Of a DNA stretch of 64,000 nucleotides, positions 45,444 through 54,257 are shown one piece after another. The notes under the pieces are model-generated. The model saw only the letters and a program-made list of their open reading frames with translations. It was not told the origin of the DNA and made no database searches. The stretch comes from Bacillota bacterium (GTDB lineage Bacteria > Bacillota > Clostridia > Saccharofermentanales > DTU023), in the NCBI GenBank assembly GCA_023426575.1, contig JAFAAL010000030.1, forward strand, positions 1,637 to 65,636, in the 5' to 3' direction. Position 1 is the first letter of the stretch. Each line of letters starts with the position of its first letter. Made by a program: the position numbers and the translations under genes.

Positions 45444-45986
45444 CTAGATGCGCAAGATCTGAGTCAGCTCCAATTCCACAGGTGTCTCGCGGCCAAACAT
45501 CGAAACTTGGACCACGACCTTTTTCTTTTCGCTGTCGATCTCTTGAACCACACCTGTAAAGGACTCAAGAGGACCCTGAATAATTCGGACCGAGTCGCCG
45601 ATGTCGTAGTCGACCACGGGATCGAGGTTCTGGACGAGGCCCATGATCATGAGCTCCTCGTCCGTCAGGGGGACGGGGTGCGTGCTGGACGGCCCGACAA
45701 AGCCCGTCACACCCCGCGTATTGCGGACAATGTACCAAATTTCATCGGTCAGGATGAGCTTGACGAGGACATAGCCAGGGTAGATTTTACGGTCGTAGAT
45801 CTTGCGCTTGCCGTCCTTGATCTCGACGACTTGCTCTGTCGGCACCGAAATCTCCTGGATGTAATCCTCGAGACCGCGGTTCTCCACGATCATCTCCAGC
45901 GTATCTTTCACCTTATTCTCATAGCCCGAGTACGTGTGAATGACGTACCACTTGGCCTCTTGCTCATCATGTCGACCCATTGTCAC
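45444..45986 (-). CDS. nusG: Transcription termination/antitermination factor NusG
   Basis: KWYVIHTYSGYENKVKDTLE (NGN domain) and a C-terminal KOW domain (GDSVRIIQGPLESFTGVVQEID). Confidence 0.9.
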   Translation of the reverse strand: MTMGRHDEQEAKWYVIHTYSGYENKVKDTLEMIVENRGLEDYIQEISVPTEQVVEIKDGKRKIYDRKIYPGYVLVKLILTDEIWYIVRNTRGVTGFVGPSSTHPVPLTDEELMIMGLVQNLDPVVDYDIGDSVRIIQGPLESFTGVVQEIDSEKKKVVVQVSMFGRETPVELELTQILRI

Positions 45987-45997
45987 TCGCCTTTTAA

Positions 45998-46246
45998 CTA
46001 GTGGCCGCTGTAGAAGCCGGTCACGTTGAGGATGCCCTGGATGGCCATGTCAAAGAGCCAGATGCTGACGGCCGCAATCATGATGATGACGAGAACCGTC
46101 GCCGTATTCTGGCGGAGTGTGGGCCAATCGGGCCACGACACACGCTTGATTTCCTGGCCGATACTCTTGAAGAAATTGCGAATGCGCTTCATGAGAGAAG
46201 GCTTGTCGCCCTGAGCACGGACGGGCTTATTGTCACGCGCCTTCAT
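45998..46246 (-). CDS. secE: Preprotein translocase subunit SecE
   Basis: 82 aa. KSIGQEIKRVSWPDWPTLRQNTATVLVIIMIAAVSIWLFD. Confidence 0.85.
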   Translation of the reverse strand: MKARDNKPVRAQGDKPSLMKRIRNFFKSIGQEIKRVSWPDWPTLRQNTATVLVIIMIAAVSIWLFDMAIQGILNVTGFYSGH

Positions 46247-46410
46247 TACTTCGTCTCCCGATGCAGGGTGTGCTTACGGCAGAACGGGCAAAACTTCTTC
46301 ATTTCGAGTTTGTCACCAGAGTTGCGCTTGTTCTTCTTCGTGTCGTAATTTCTCTGCTTGCACTCTGAACAGGCAAAGGTGATTTTAATGCGATCGCCTA
46401 CTTTAGCCAT
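46246..46410 (-). CDS. rpmG: 50S ribosomal protein L33
   Basis: Below the ORF-track size cutoff, so hand-translated: [54 protein letters not shown] (54 aa; CxxC...CxxC). GGAGG RBS. The stop overlaps the secE ATG (TAATG). Confidence 0.9.
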   Translation of the reverse strand: MAKVGDRIKITFACSECKQRNYDTKKNKRNSGDKLEMKKFCPFCRKHTLHRETK

Positions 46411-46517
46411 CGTGGACCTCCACACTCCAGAAAAACCCCCTCGGAGAGGGGCTCAAACTGAAAGTCTACTAGATTTTTCCGTGCAAAAAAAAAGGCGGTT
46501 GCCCGGAAATCGCTATC

Positions 46518-46545
46518 AGAATACCACAACGACCGTTCATGTCAA
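46518..46545 (-). promoter_or_regulatory. Promoter candidate for rpmG-secE-nusG
   Basis: On the minus strand: TTGACA (46540-46545), a 16-nt spacer, then TATTCT (46518-46523). This gives a ~100-nt 5' UTR. Confidence 0.35.
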
Positions 46546-46557
46546 GCATTTTGCGGT

Positions 46558-47601
46558 ATGATGAGGAAAAGAGGAGGTATTGAGATCTTGACTCTAATTA
46601 CCGTGTCTAGTGAAGTGGCTGCCTACGGCGCTGAATTTTCAGAGCGTCTTGCCGATCGCTACTTTGCTGAGCTACTGCGCCGAGACGATCTGATCGAGCG
46701 TTTTATCCGGCCGATTGCCACAGACAAAGAGCTGCGCCTCCTGGCCGTCAGTCCCAAATACTACCTCTCTGAGAGTGCAGCGGGCATCTCTTTTTACGAC
46801 TATCTGCAGGGAGCCTTGCAAGACCTCGCCACGCGCAGCAATCTCGTCCTCTGTGACCTCGGCGGCCAGTTTTACCTCGAAAATTTCCCCGCCGCTGTCC
46901 ACTTGCGACTCGTTGCCGACGAGAATTTTCGGCGTCAGCGCTTTATCGAGCGCAACCTCGAGCTCATCCGCAAGACGGGGGCAAGCGAGCTGAGCTATCG
47001 CGACTTGACCATCCCGAGCGACTCCGACTTCGGCGATGTCTTCTCCCGAATTGAAAAGCTCGAGCGACGCTTCTTCAACACTGTCTTTAGCGGTCGCCAA
47101 GAGGATAATCCCGTCTACTATGACGCCGTCTTGAACAGTTCGCGCCTCTCTTTTGAGGCCATGCTCAAGCTTGTGGACGAGTTGGTCCTCGAGCGCAATA
47201 TCCAAGAGCAGCTCGACCTCTACGCCCAGGAGAGCAGCCTATCTCCCAATGGTCACTATTTTGAACTCAAAAACGAGAGCGAGCGCGAATTTGCAAGACT
47301 CCTCGATCTCTACGGCATCGAGTGGCGCTACGAGCCCAAGACCTTTCCCGTGGAGTGGGACAGCGAGGGCCGCGTGTCCCTCGCCTTCTCCCCTGATTTT
47401 TACCTGCCACGCTTTGATCTCTTCATTGAGCTGACGACGATGAATCAAAAATATGTGCGCTTGAAAAAGAAAAAAGCCAAGATCCTGAGCGAACTCTACC
47501 CTGGAGTGCGCTGCAAGGTTGTTTATAAGAGGGATTTTGAGGCTTTGTTTAAAAGATTTGAAGCGGAGGCGGATGCCGCCTCGCGAGGAGGGGCAGAATG
47601 A
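46558..47601 (+). CDS. Hypothetical two-domain protein (cytidylate-kinase-like N-terminal half with degenerate P-loop; nuclease-fold-like C-terminal half)
   Basis: 347 aa. The N-terminus LITVSSEVAAYGAEF resembles the ITIxRxxGSGG start of the Cytidylate_kin2 family but lacks GSGG. The C-terminus FARLLDLYGIEWRYEPKTFPV...SPDFYLPRFDLFIELT is of the type seen in PD-(D/E)xK-like domains. Start codon uncertain. Confidence 0.4.
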   Translation: MMRKRGGIEILTLITVSSEVAAYGAEFSERLADRYFAELLRRDDLIERFIRPIATDKELRLLAVSPKYYLSESAAGISFYDYLQGALQDLATRSNLVLCDLGGQFYLENFPAAVHLRLVADENFRRQRFIERNLELIRKTGASELSYRDLTIPSDSDFGDVFSRIEKLERRFFNTVFSGRQEDNPVYYDAVLNSSRLSFEAMLKLVDELVLERNIQEQLDLYAQESSLSPNGHYFELKNESEREFARLLDLYGIEWRYEPKTFPVEWDSEGRVSLAFSPDFYLPRFDLFIELTTMNQKYVRLKKKKAKILSELYPGVRCKVVYKRDFEALFKRFEAEADAASRGGAE

Positions 47602-48155
47602 ATTCGTGCAGGTCTTGCGATTATAAGATTCTCTATGATAGCGCGACGATTCAGAAGAGGGTGCAAGAACTCGGGCGCGAGATCAGTGAGGCCTATCGTG
47701 AGAACCCGCCGGTCCTGGTCGCCATGCTCAAGGGGTCAATCTACTTTATGGCTGATCTGACGCGGGCGATTGAGCTGCCGATTACCTTTGACCTCGTCGG
47801 CATCTCCCAGCTCGGGCGCGCGAGCCGCGAGACTGGGATCGTACGCGTGACGCGTGACCTCACCCTGGACATTGCGGGACGCGAAGTCATCGTCGTCGAA
47901 GAGATCGTCCGCTCAGGACTGACGACGAATTATCTCTTGCAGTATCTCGAGAAGCGGAGGCCCGCAAGTCTCAGCGTCGTTTCACTCCTCTGCAATCCCG
48001 AGGAGCTCCTGATCGACTTGCCCCTGCATTTTTCTGGCTTCCAGATCGACTACCGGCGGGTGGTCGGCTATGGCATGGACTACCGGGAGCAGGATCGCCA
48101 TCTGCCCTTTATCGCAGAACTTGAGCCCGCGCGCTATCAGACGAGAGATCAGTAG
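47598..48155 (+). CDS. hpt: Hypoxanthine phosphoribosyltransferase
   Basis: LVAMLKGSIYFMADLTRAI and the PRPP motif VIVVEEIVRSGLT. ATGA overlap with the upstream gene. Confidence 0.85.
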   Translation: MNSCRSCDYKILYDSATIQKRVQELGREISEAYRENPPVLVAMLKGSIYFMADLTRAIELPITFDLVGISQLGRASRETGIVRVTRDLTLDIAGREVIVVEEIVRSGLTTNYLLQYLEKRRPASLSVVSLLCNPEELLIDLPLHFSGFQIDYRRVVGYGMDYREQDRHLPFIAELEPARYQTRDQ

Positions 48156-48691
48156 ACCGTGTCGGGTCCCGTGATGGACTGGCGGGCCAGGACCTCAGCG
48201 CGATTCAAGTCTATCAGTGCAATCTCATCATCCTGCCAGAGGGCAAAGGAGGGGATGCCGTCGCGCGGGCGACTCGGCGAACCTGGATTGACGACGACGA
48301 TGCCGTCCTGCTTAAAGAGCTCCTTGCGGTGGCTGTGCCCCGAGATGACGATCTCGGCCTGGAGCTCGGCTGCGCGTGCCATGAGCTCACGGCAGTGATA
48401 GCGGTGTCCGTGGTGCATCAGGACGAGGCGTCCTGCAAGCTTAAAGAGGCGTATCTCCTGACTGAGGTCGAGGCCGATTTCAGCAGCGGCGCGGGGGTCG
48501 TCACAATTGCCGCGGACAGCAAAGAGCGCTGGCTGCGCAAGGAGGAGGTCGGCGAGGTCCTGGCTTGCAATGCTGACGCCTGAGAGGACATCGCCAGCAT
48601 GGAGCGTGGCCTCGGCAGCACCCGAGAGACTATAGACGCGCTTGACGGCATTGAGGTCGCCGTGGGTATCACTGATGATGACTATTCTCAT
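48149..48691 (-). CDS. YfcE/MJ0936-family metallophosphoesterase
   Basis: Start MRIVIISDTHGDLNAV. GDVLS, GNCD, MHHGH and ISGHSH motifs. Confidence 0.8.
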   Translation of the reverse strand: MRIVIISDTHGDLNAVKRVYSLSGAAEATLHAGDVLSGVSIASQDLADLLLAQPALFAVRGNCDDPRAAAEIGLDLSQEIRLFKLAGRLVLMHHGHRYHCRELMARAAELQAEIVISGHSHRKELFKQDGIVVVNPGSPSRPRDGIPSFALWQDDEIALIDLNRAEVLARQSITGPDTVY

Positions 48692-48827
48692 AACTCCACC
48701 TAGATAAATGTATATGTATAATACCGCTCTTAGACATTCTTTGGCAATCCCTTTGGTAAGCCTGAACAAAATTTGTTTTGGGGCTTTGTGCAAGATGTAA
48801 AACATGAGAAACCTTGTCTAAAAATGC

Positions 48828-48856
48828 TTGACAGAGAATTTTTATGGCGCCATACT
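48828..48856 (+). promoter_or_regulatory. Sigma-70-type promoter candidate at the head of an ORF-free region
   Basis: TTGACA (48828-48833), a 17-nt spacer, then CATACT (48851-48856). TACTAT is also available with a 19-nt spacer. Confidence 0.35.
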
Positions 48857-48862
48857 ATGGCC

Positions 48863-49491
48863 AAGCTCCGGGGAAAGCAATACCCGAAAAGCGAATGCAA
48901 AGCGAGAAATCGCGAGGGCAGCGAAGCTTGACAAGTAGATATCTGAAGCTAGGAGACTGGTTATGAGACAAGACAAGTCTCGTGCGGAGGGAGCAGCAAG
49001 CACCCCGCAAGTGAAACACCAGCACGATGCCTGAATCAGGATCAATAGTGAAAGATTTAGAAAATTTGAATGACTGGGCCCAACAGCCGTTGAACTGAGA
49101 CAAAAACGGAATATGTCATGTGAGAATGAAGTGAAAATGAAATGATTACATACCATCCCATCCGTTACCTACCATGTTTCGACAACGCACTAGGCAAAGA
49201 TTTGAAAATCAGACGTCAGATGAGTATAAATCATAAAAGTCCAAAAGATTCAGAGATGAGACGAAAGCGCGTTGCAAGTCAGAATGATAAGTAGGCAAAA
49301 TCAATTGGTTTGTGTTCAACGAGAGAGGAAACGATCAGACGTAAACACTGTAAAACGCAAAATGGAAACCAAGATAGGAAAACGGCCAGAGCTTATCATC
49401 TGATACAAAAACTCTTAAAATTGCAAGAGCTAAAACGACAACTTCGCCGGAGCAGAGAGACCCTCGAGAAATCGAGGGTCTCTTCTTTTTG
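48863..49491 (+). ncRNA. Candidate ~630-nt noncoding RNA (family not recognised)
   Basis: Bracketed by the promoter candidate above and a strong plus-strand terminator. The plus strand is purine-rich and has no credible ORF on either strand. Several local hairpins are visible, including GCGA-GAAA-TCGC, GAGAC-7 nt-GTCTC, CCGTT-13 nt-AACGG and CTCTT-8 nt-AAGAG. Confidence 0.3.
49456..49491 (+). terminator. Strong intrinsic terminator (plus-strand orientation)
   Basis: 12-bp stem AGAGACCCTCGA/TCGAGGGTCTCT with a GAAA loop, followed by TCTTTTTG. On the minus strand there is no U-tract after the hairpin. Confidence 0.75.
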
Positions 49492-49530
49492 CCTCTCTTG
49501 AAAAGGCGCTCCTCTCGCCACAGGCCCATT

Positions 49531-50748
49531 TTAGTGGGAAAGGTGGCCGAGTCTCACGAGCTCGGCGCGGAGCGTCTCGAAATCGCAGTCAATGCGCGCT
49601 TGGACAAAGGCCGGCTGACCGCCTCCTCTCAATGACAGATCTTCTTTCAATTGGGCCAGCACAGCCGTCAGGTCAAAATCGACGGGGCTCTCGGGGCTTC
49701 TCGAGGCCGTGATGTTCAGTATGGGGCGGCCACCCTCCTCGCCACGCTGAGCGAGCATGACAAAGTGGGGGAAGTGCTGACTCAGGTCCTTGGCGAGGTC
49801 CTTGGCCGAGCTCTTGTCGAGATCTGAGGCGTCGAGGAGAGCGGCTGCTTCGCCCACGTAGCGAGCGGCCTCCCTCTGTAAGTGCTCGAATGTAAATTCA
49901 CGCAAGGCGAGCCGGGCCTCAGTCAATTTGTCCAGGCGATCCTGGACTGCGGCGACGAGTTTTTCAGGGGGTTCTGAGAGTGTTCTCACCAGCTCGTCGA
50001 GCAGGGCCGACTCCCGCTGCGCCATCTGAAGAGCCCGCCGTCCGCAGTAGGCCTGAATTCTGACCCCTCCACGGTGGCGCTGCATCTGGCGGAGGCGAAT
50101 GAGACCAATCTCTCCTGTCCGTCTGACTTGGGTGCCACAGCAGGCACAGAGATCATAGCCGCCGACCTTGATCAGGCGGAGCCGTTCACCGACGTCTTTC
50201 TTGGAGCGATAGTCCAATCCCTGGGCCTCTTCAGGACTGGGGAAGAGGACCTCTATCTCTTCATTGAGCCAGACGGCGGCATTGGCCTCATCCTCAATCT
50301 GCTGTAATTCAGCGGGCGTCAGCTCCCCATTGAAGTCGATGACCATCGTCTCCTCATTGATGTGGAAGCCGACATTGTCGTAGCCCTTTAAGGCGTGACA
50401 GAGCCCCGAGATCAGGTGTTCTCCCGAGTGCTGTTGCATAAAGTCGAAGCGGCGCTCCCAGTCTATTCTCAGCACTGCCTCTTGACCCGGCTCCGGCCCT
50501 TCCCCTCTGACGAGGTGCAAGATCTCGCCCGCCCGCCTCTGCGTGTCAAGGACCTCATAGCTCAGTGCTGAGGCGATCAGTTCTCCGCGATCTCCAGGCT
50601 GACCCCCGCCCTCCGGATAGAAGCAAGTATCCTTGCAGATGACGGCAGACACACCCTCCTCATAGGGAAAGACCGCCTCGATCTCGGCTCTCATCTCCTC
50701 GAGGTAGGGGTTGAGATAGTAGGCCTCGCTAAAGAGTTCTCGAGCCAT
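49531..50748 (-). CDS. AlaX-L-type alanyl-tRNA editing protein (AlaRS-related)
   Basis: GGGQPGDRG, HSGEHLISG and CACCGTQV (zinc/editing-site motifs of the AlaRS second additional domain). 405 aa. Confidence 0.8.
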   Translation of the reverse strand: MARELFSEAYYLNPYLEEMRAEIEAVFPYEEGVSAVICKDTCFYPEGGGQPGDRGELIASALSYEVLDTQRRAGEILHLVRGEGPEPGQEAVLRIDWERRFDFMQQHSGEHLISGLCHALKGYDNVGFHINEETMVIDFNGELTPAELQQIEDEANAAVWLNEEIEVLFPSPEEAQGLDYRSKKDVGERLRLIKVGGYDLCACCGTQVRRTGEIGLIRLRQMQRHRGGVRIQAYCGRRALQMAQRESALLDELVRTLSEPPEKLVAAVQDRLDKLTEARLALREFTFEHLQREAARYVGEAAALLDASDLDKSSAKDLAKDLSQHFPHFVMLAQRGEEGGRPILNITASRSPESPVDFDLTAVLAQLKEDLSLRGGGQPAFVQARIDCDFETLRAELVRLGHLSH

Positions 50749-51701
50749 TAGCTGACGACCCTAGTCTGGCGGCGTCTGCGGATGAACAAGAAGAGCAGGT
50801 AGAAGGCAGAGAGCGCATAGAGGAGCAAGAGGATCAGGCCATATCGCTCCGCATTGGCATCCGTCAAATTGGCCCCCATATAGGTCGGCAAGAAACCGCC
50901 GAGGAAATTGAAGATCATGTGCATGACAATGGGCACCAGCAAATGGCCACTGAGATAGTAGGCAAAGCTCAAAATCAGACCTGGGACGATGACGTAGGCG
51001 ATCTGCACGAAATTCCCATGGAAGAGCGCAAAGATGAGGGCGGCACAGAGCGCCGCAAAGGCGGGCTTCATCGCCTGCAAAAACTCACCCATGATAATCC
51101 CGCGGCATAAGAGCTCCTCCATGATGGGCACGAGGATGACCACCGAGAGAAAACTCAAGAAAAAGTGGTCGTTCGACGGCAGAATCGTCTGCATGAGCTT
51201 CTCGTGATACTCGAGGCGCTCTGCCACATAGGGCGAAAGCTGCCCGAGCCCATGGAGTCCAAGGATGAGGAGCTGCGTCCCCGCGAGCCCCAGGATGATA
51301 GCAGAGGCCGCAGTCATAAACTTCTGTGCACCGAGCCTCTCTTGGAGATAGGTCATCGGATACATTTTACGGCGCCGGAAAATGTAATAGACAAAGAGCG
51401 GAATCAAGATGAGCGCCATAAAAATCGTCGCAAGTGAGGTGACCAGCGGATCCATCATATACTTCGTCATGTCAATGCCCGTCTCGAGTCCTTGCGACTC
51501 GATAATCTCCGAACCATAGCGCAGGCCAGCAACCAAGGTGACCCCTAGGACCTGAATGAGGACAAAGATCAGCCCAAAGAGCAGAGGCACAAAGACCGTC
51601 CGAGGTCTGAAGCGCCGTTCCCGCACGAGGTTGACAGAGTCCTCCTGGACCTCAGGGCTCGTCTCTTGCTTATTCGTCTCGTAATTTTCCAGCATGATCA
51701 A
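50748..51701 (-). CDS. CPBP-family intramembrane glutamic endopeptidase (CAAX protease-like)
   Basis: PIMEELLCRG (EExxxR), FALFHGN (FxxxH) and HMIFNF (HxxxN). Polytopic. The stop overlaps the AlaX ATG (TAATG). Confidence 0.8.
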   Translation of the reverse strand: MIMLENYETNKQETSPEVQEDSVNLVRERRFRPRTVFVPLLFGLIFVLIQVLGVTLVAGLRYGSEIIESQGLETGIDMTKYMMDPLVTSLATIFMALILIPLFVYYIFRRRKMYPMTYLQERLGAQKFMTAASAIILGLAGTQLLILGLHGLGQLSPYVAERLEYHEKLMQTILPSNDHFFLSFLSVVILVPIMEELLCRGIIMGEFLQAMKPAFAALCAALIFALFHGNFVQIAYVIVPGLILSFAYYLSGHLLVPIVMHMIFNFLGGFLPTYMGANLTDANAERYGLILLLLYALSAFYLLFLFIRRRRQTRVVS

Positions 51702-52666
51702 CTCCTTTTCTGACAGGCCTCATGACAGCGCCCGTCCTTCTGTGGCATCAAAAATGCACGATACTTTCTCAATCGCTTGATGGGATTATAGGACTCCTTG
51801 GCCAAGCGGATACCCTCAATCCCCATGTCCTCTTCCCGATTGACTTCAGAAACCTCGGCAAAAGCCTCCTCCAAAGTCCACTTATTAATAACGGCGTAGA
51901 GATTCTCAAACTCAGGATTCGCCTTCTCGAAGTGGATGATTGCGCGTTTCGGACTCGGCAGCGAGCCGAGCGCAAAGGCGAGGACGATCTCGCCGAGCCT
52001 AATCACCCCACCACGCACATCCAATGCTTCAAAGTGATCGAAGAGATACTTGATCGGCAAGTAGTCAGACTCGTGCAGGTTCAGAGGATCGACGCCCTTC
52101 TCCTCGGCCCACTGGCGGACGAGTCTCAGGACCCTCTCCCCATGTTCGGGAGCGATGGCCTCATAGCGCGCATCGGGGAAGTCTCGCAAGAATTGATTGA
52201 TATGATTGCGTTTCACGCGATAGACCTTCCCCTGCAGCTGTCTTAGGGCCTCTGCGTCATAGACATAATCGCTGTAGTCGTCGTTGTATTCCCAGTCGAT
52301 GACGTAGCCGAGACGGGCTGCCGCCTCGTTGTAGAGCGGGCGGTAGTGCTCATCTATAAACATCGAGCAGAAACAACAAAATTTCGAATCTTGAAAGATC
52401 TCCGCAGCTCTCTCTATGGCGCGCGTCAGATTCTCCACCGTGAGGGCACCGAGGGGTAGACAAAAGTGAGGGCGCGTAAAAATACCGCCATCTGAAATGG
52501 CCGTCAAGACTTGGCCATCGTCAAAATAGTGATACTGATAGCCGAGATTCCAGGCGAGCCTTGAGTTGAGACTGGCATCTGCCAGTTCGCTTGTACTCTG
52601 AGAATAGCGCTTGCGATAAAGTTCGCGCGCTTCAATGTCGAGGATGGGTAATTCATTGATGGTCAT
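51698..52666 (-). CDS. DUF2156 (LPG-synthase C-terminal-like, GNAT-fold) domain protein
   Basis: ~322 aa soluble protein. The N-terminal SELADASLNSRLAWNLGYQYHYFDDGQVL resembles the family's conserved opening. The call is from recollection. Start taken at MTINEL. Confidence 0.45.
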   Translation of the reverse strand: MTINELPILDIEARELYRKRYSQSTSELADASLNSRLAWNLGYQYHYFDDGQVLTAISDGGIFTRPHFCLPLGALTVENLTRAIERAAEIFQDSKFCCFCSMFIDEHYRPLYNEAAARLGYVIDWEYNDDYSDYVYDAEALRQLQGKVYRVKRNHINQFLRDFPDARYEAIAPEHGERVLRLVRQWAEEKGVDPLNLHESDYLPIKYLFDHFEALDVRGGVIRLGEIVLAFALGSLPSPKRAIIHFEKANPEFENLYAVINKWTLEEAFAEVSEVNREEDMGIEGIRLAKESYNPIKRLRKYRAFLMPQKDGRCHEACQKRS

Positions 52667-52976
52667 GTTCACCGTACTGTTCTGAGAAGCGATCGTAAAA
52701 CACTTCAAATATCATCTCTAACTCTTGCTTACTCCGTATCGAGGTGAAGTATCGCGTGCCGTCCTTGGCCCGATAGGCCCTCATCAGAACGATCTCGGGC
52801 GATTTTTCAGCTATAGATTCTGGCTCGTAGTTGTAGACGACGACATACTCCTGATCACGAAAGTCGAAACTGTCGACCAGGGAGACATAATACTCGCGGC
52901 CCGTGTGTTCATCCACGAGGACCGCGAGTGCTTCATCACGTGCAGAAAAACTGAGATCTCCAGAGCCTTGGCGCAT
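52653..52976 (-). CDS. DUF1292 family protein
   Basis: 107 aa, acidic. EYYVSLVDSFDFRDQEYVVVYNYEP is typical of the family. Confidence 0.7.
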   Translation of the reverse strand: MRQGSGDLSFSARDEALAVLVDEHTGREYYVSLVDSFDFRDQEYVVVYNYEPESIAEKSPEIVLMRAYRAKDGTRYFTSIRSKQELEMIFEVFYDRFSEQYGEHDHQ

Positions 52977-52987
52977 ACTGCGATCGC

Positions 52988-53398
52988 TTACTCCGTGACC
53001 TCGTCTTCTTCATCTTCCCACTCTTCCGCCTCGTCGAGGAGCTCCTCGTAGTAGGCGTAAATCGGGGCATCTTCAGTCTCATCGAGTGTTTCTAAATTGA
53101 ACTCTGCATCTTCATCTTCGCGGTCGCGCACGATGAAATAGCCGAGAGGATCATCGGGGGCAATCATGACGAGGAAGTGCTCATCTTTAAAGTCGAATTC
53201 GTCGACGATGTAAAACTCCATCTTCTCACCGTCTTCGGAGATGATCTCAACGAGCTCGGCCTCGGCCAGCATCTCATCGATATCCGCCTGGGTCAAGATC
53301 TCCTCGTGCTCCTCATGGTGACAGCCACAGCCGCAGTCGTGATCATCTGGGGCCATGAAGAATTCTGGTCTGACATTAAGCATTGTCGCATGCCTCAC
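52988..53398 (-). CDS. DUF1292 family protein with Cys/His-rich N-terminal segment
   Basis: DHDCGCGCHHEEHEE followed by EDGEKMEFYIVDEFDFKDEHFLVMIAPDDP. Very acidic C-terminus. Confidence 0.7.
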   Translation of the reverse strand: MRHATMLNVRPEFFMAPDDHDCGCGCHHEEHEEILTQADIDEMLAEAELVEIISEDGEKMEFYIVDEFDFKDEHFLVMIAPDDPLGYFIVRDREDEDAEFNLETLDETEDAPIYAYYEELLDEAEEWEDEEDEVTE

Positions 53399-53882
53399 TT
53401 TCTCTCTGGTCAGTCTCGCTGACCCTCTTTTCGATTATAGCACAGTGTCTGAGATAATCATTCAATAAAATGGCGGCTGCGCGGCCGTCAATTTCCGCCT
53501 TCTTCTGCTTGGGATCCATACCTGGGCGAAAGGTCGACAGGGCAAGACGCGTGGTATAGCGCTCATCGAAATAGTGGATGGGCAATTCTGTGAGCTCAGC
53601 CAAGAGCGCTCCGAAGGTGTGGACCTCATCCAGCCAATCGTGGGGACGCCCATCGGTTCGCGTCGGCTCGCCGATGACAATCTCCTGGACCTCCTCGCGC
53701 TCAATCAGTGCACTGAGCTCGGCGATCAGCTGGCGCGCCTCGGGATCTTGGGCCAGGCGTCGCGGTAAGAAGCCCTGCGGACTCGCCATGATGCGCAGTG
53801 GATCAGACAGCGCAAGGCCCACCCGCTTCTTGCCAAAGTCAATTGCGAGAACTCGGCCAGGGACCTGCTGCGAGCTCGGCAT
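53376..53882 (-). CDS. ruvX: Holliday-junction-resolvase-like nuclease RuvX/YqgF
   Basis: VLAIDFGKKRVGLALSDPLRIMASPQG...DERYTT. Confidence 0.85.
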   Translation of the reverse strand: MPSSQQVPGRVLAIDFGKKRVGLALSDPLRIMASPQGFLPRRLAQDPEARQLIAELSALIEREEVQEIVIGEPTRTDGRPHDWLDEVHTFGALLAELTELPIHYFDERYTTRLALSTFRPGMDPKQKKAEIDGRAAAILLNDYLRHCAIIEKRVSETDQRESEACDNA

Positions 53883-54145
53883 TATTTCAGACGGGCAATA
53901 TAGTCTCGGATGATGACCTCGAGGAGGTCGTCGCGCTCCATCCGTCGAATCGTCGCCCGTGCCCCCTCATAATTGGTGATATAGGTGGGATCTCCAGAGA
54001 GAAAATAGCCGACGAGTTGGGTCGAGGGCTCATAGCCCTTCTCTTCCAGAGCTGCGAGGACCTGTCGCATGATCTTAGCGGCTTCGACATTGCGGTCGAG
54101 ACCCATGACAAAGCGCGTCGTTTCACCTGCTACCATAGTGCACAC
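53882..54145 (-). CDS. IreB/UPF0297 family protein
   Basis: 87 aa. VLAALEEKGYEPSTQLVGYFLSGDPTYITNYEGARATIRRMERDDLLEVIIRDY. Firmicutes-type synteny with ruvX and DUF1292. Confidence 0.8.
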   Translation of the reverse strand: MCTMVAGETTRFVMGLDRNVEAAKIMRQVLAALEEKGYEPSTQLVGYFLSGDPTYITNYEGARATIRRMERDDLLEVIIRDYIARLK

Positions 54146-54257
54146 TCCTTGCGTTCAAAATTACGCTCATTTTAGCATAATATGCGCCAGACTGCTCTCC
54201 CCTCAGCCTGATATAATGAATGAAAAGACGTTTTAAGAAAAAGTTAAGGAGCTGGCC

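Noticed and set aside
48842-49156. 104-aa and 82-aa minus-strand ORFs and a 63-aa plus-strand ORF inside the 48.8-49.5 kb gap
   Set aside because: The translations are Cys/Ser/Phe/Leu-rich or Arg/Lys-rich with no motifs. They have no RBS, and they overlap one another in different frames. The region is treated as non-coding.
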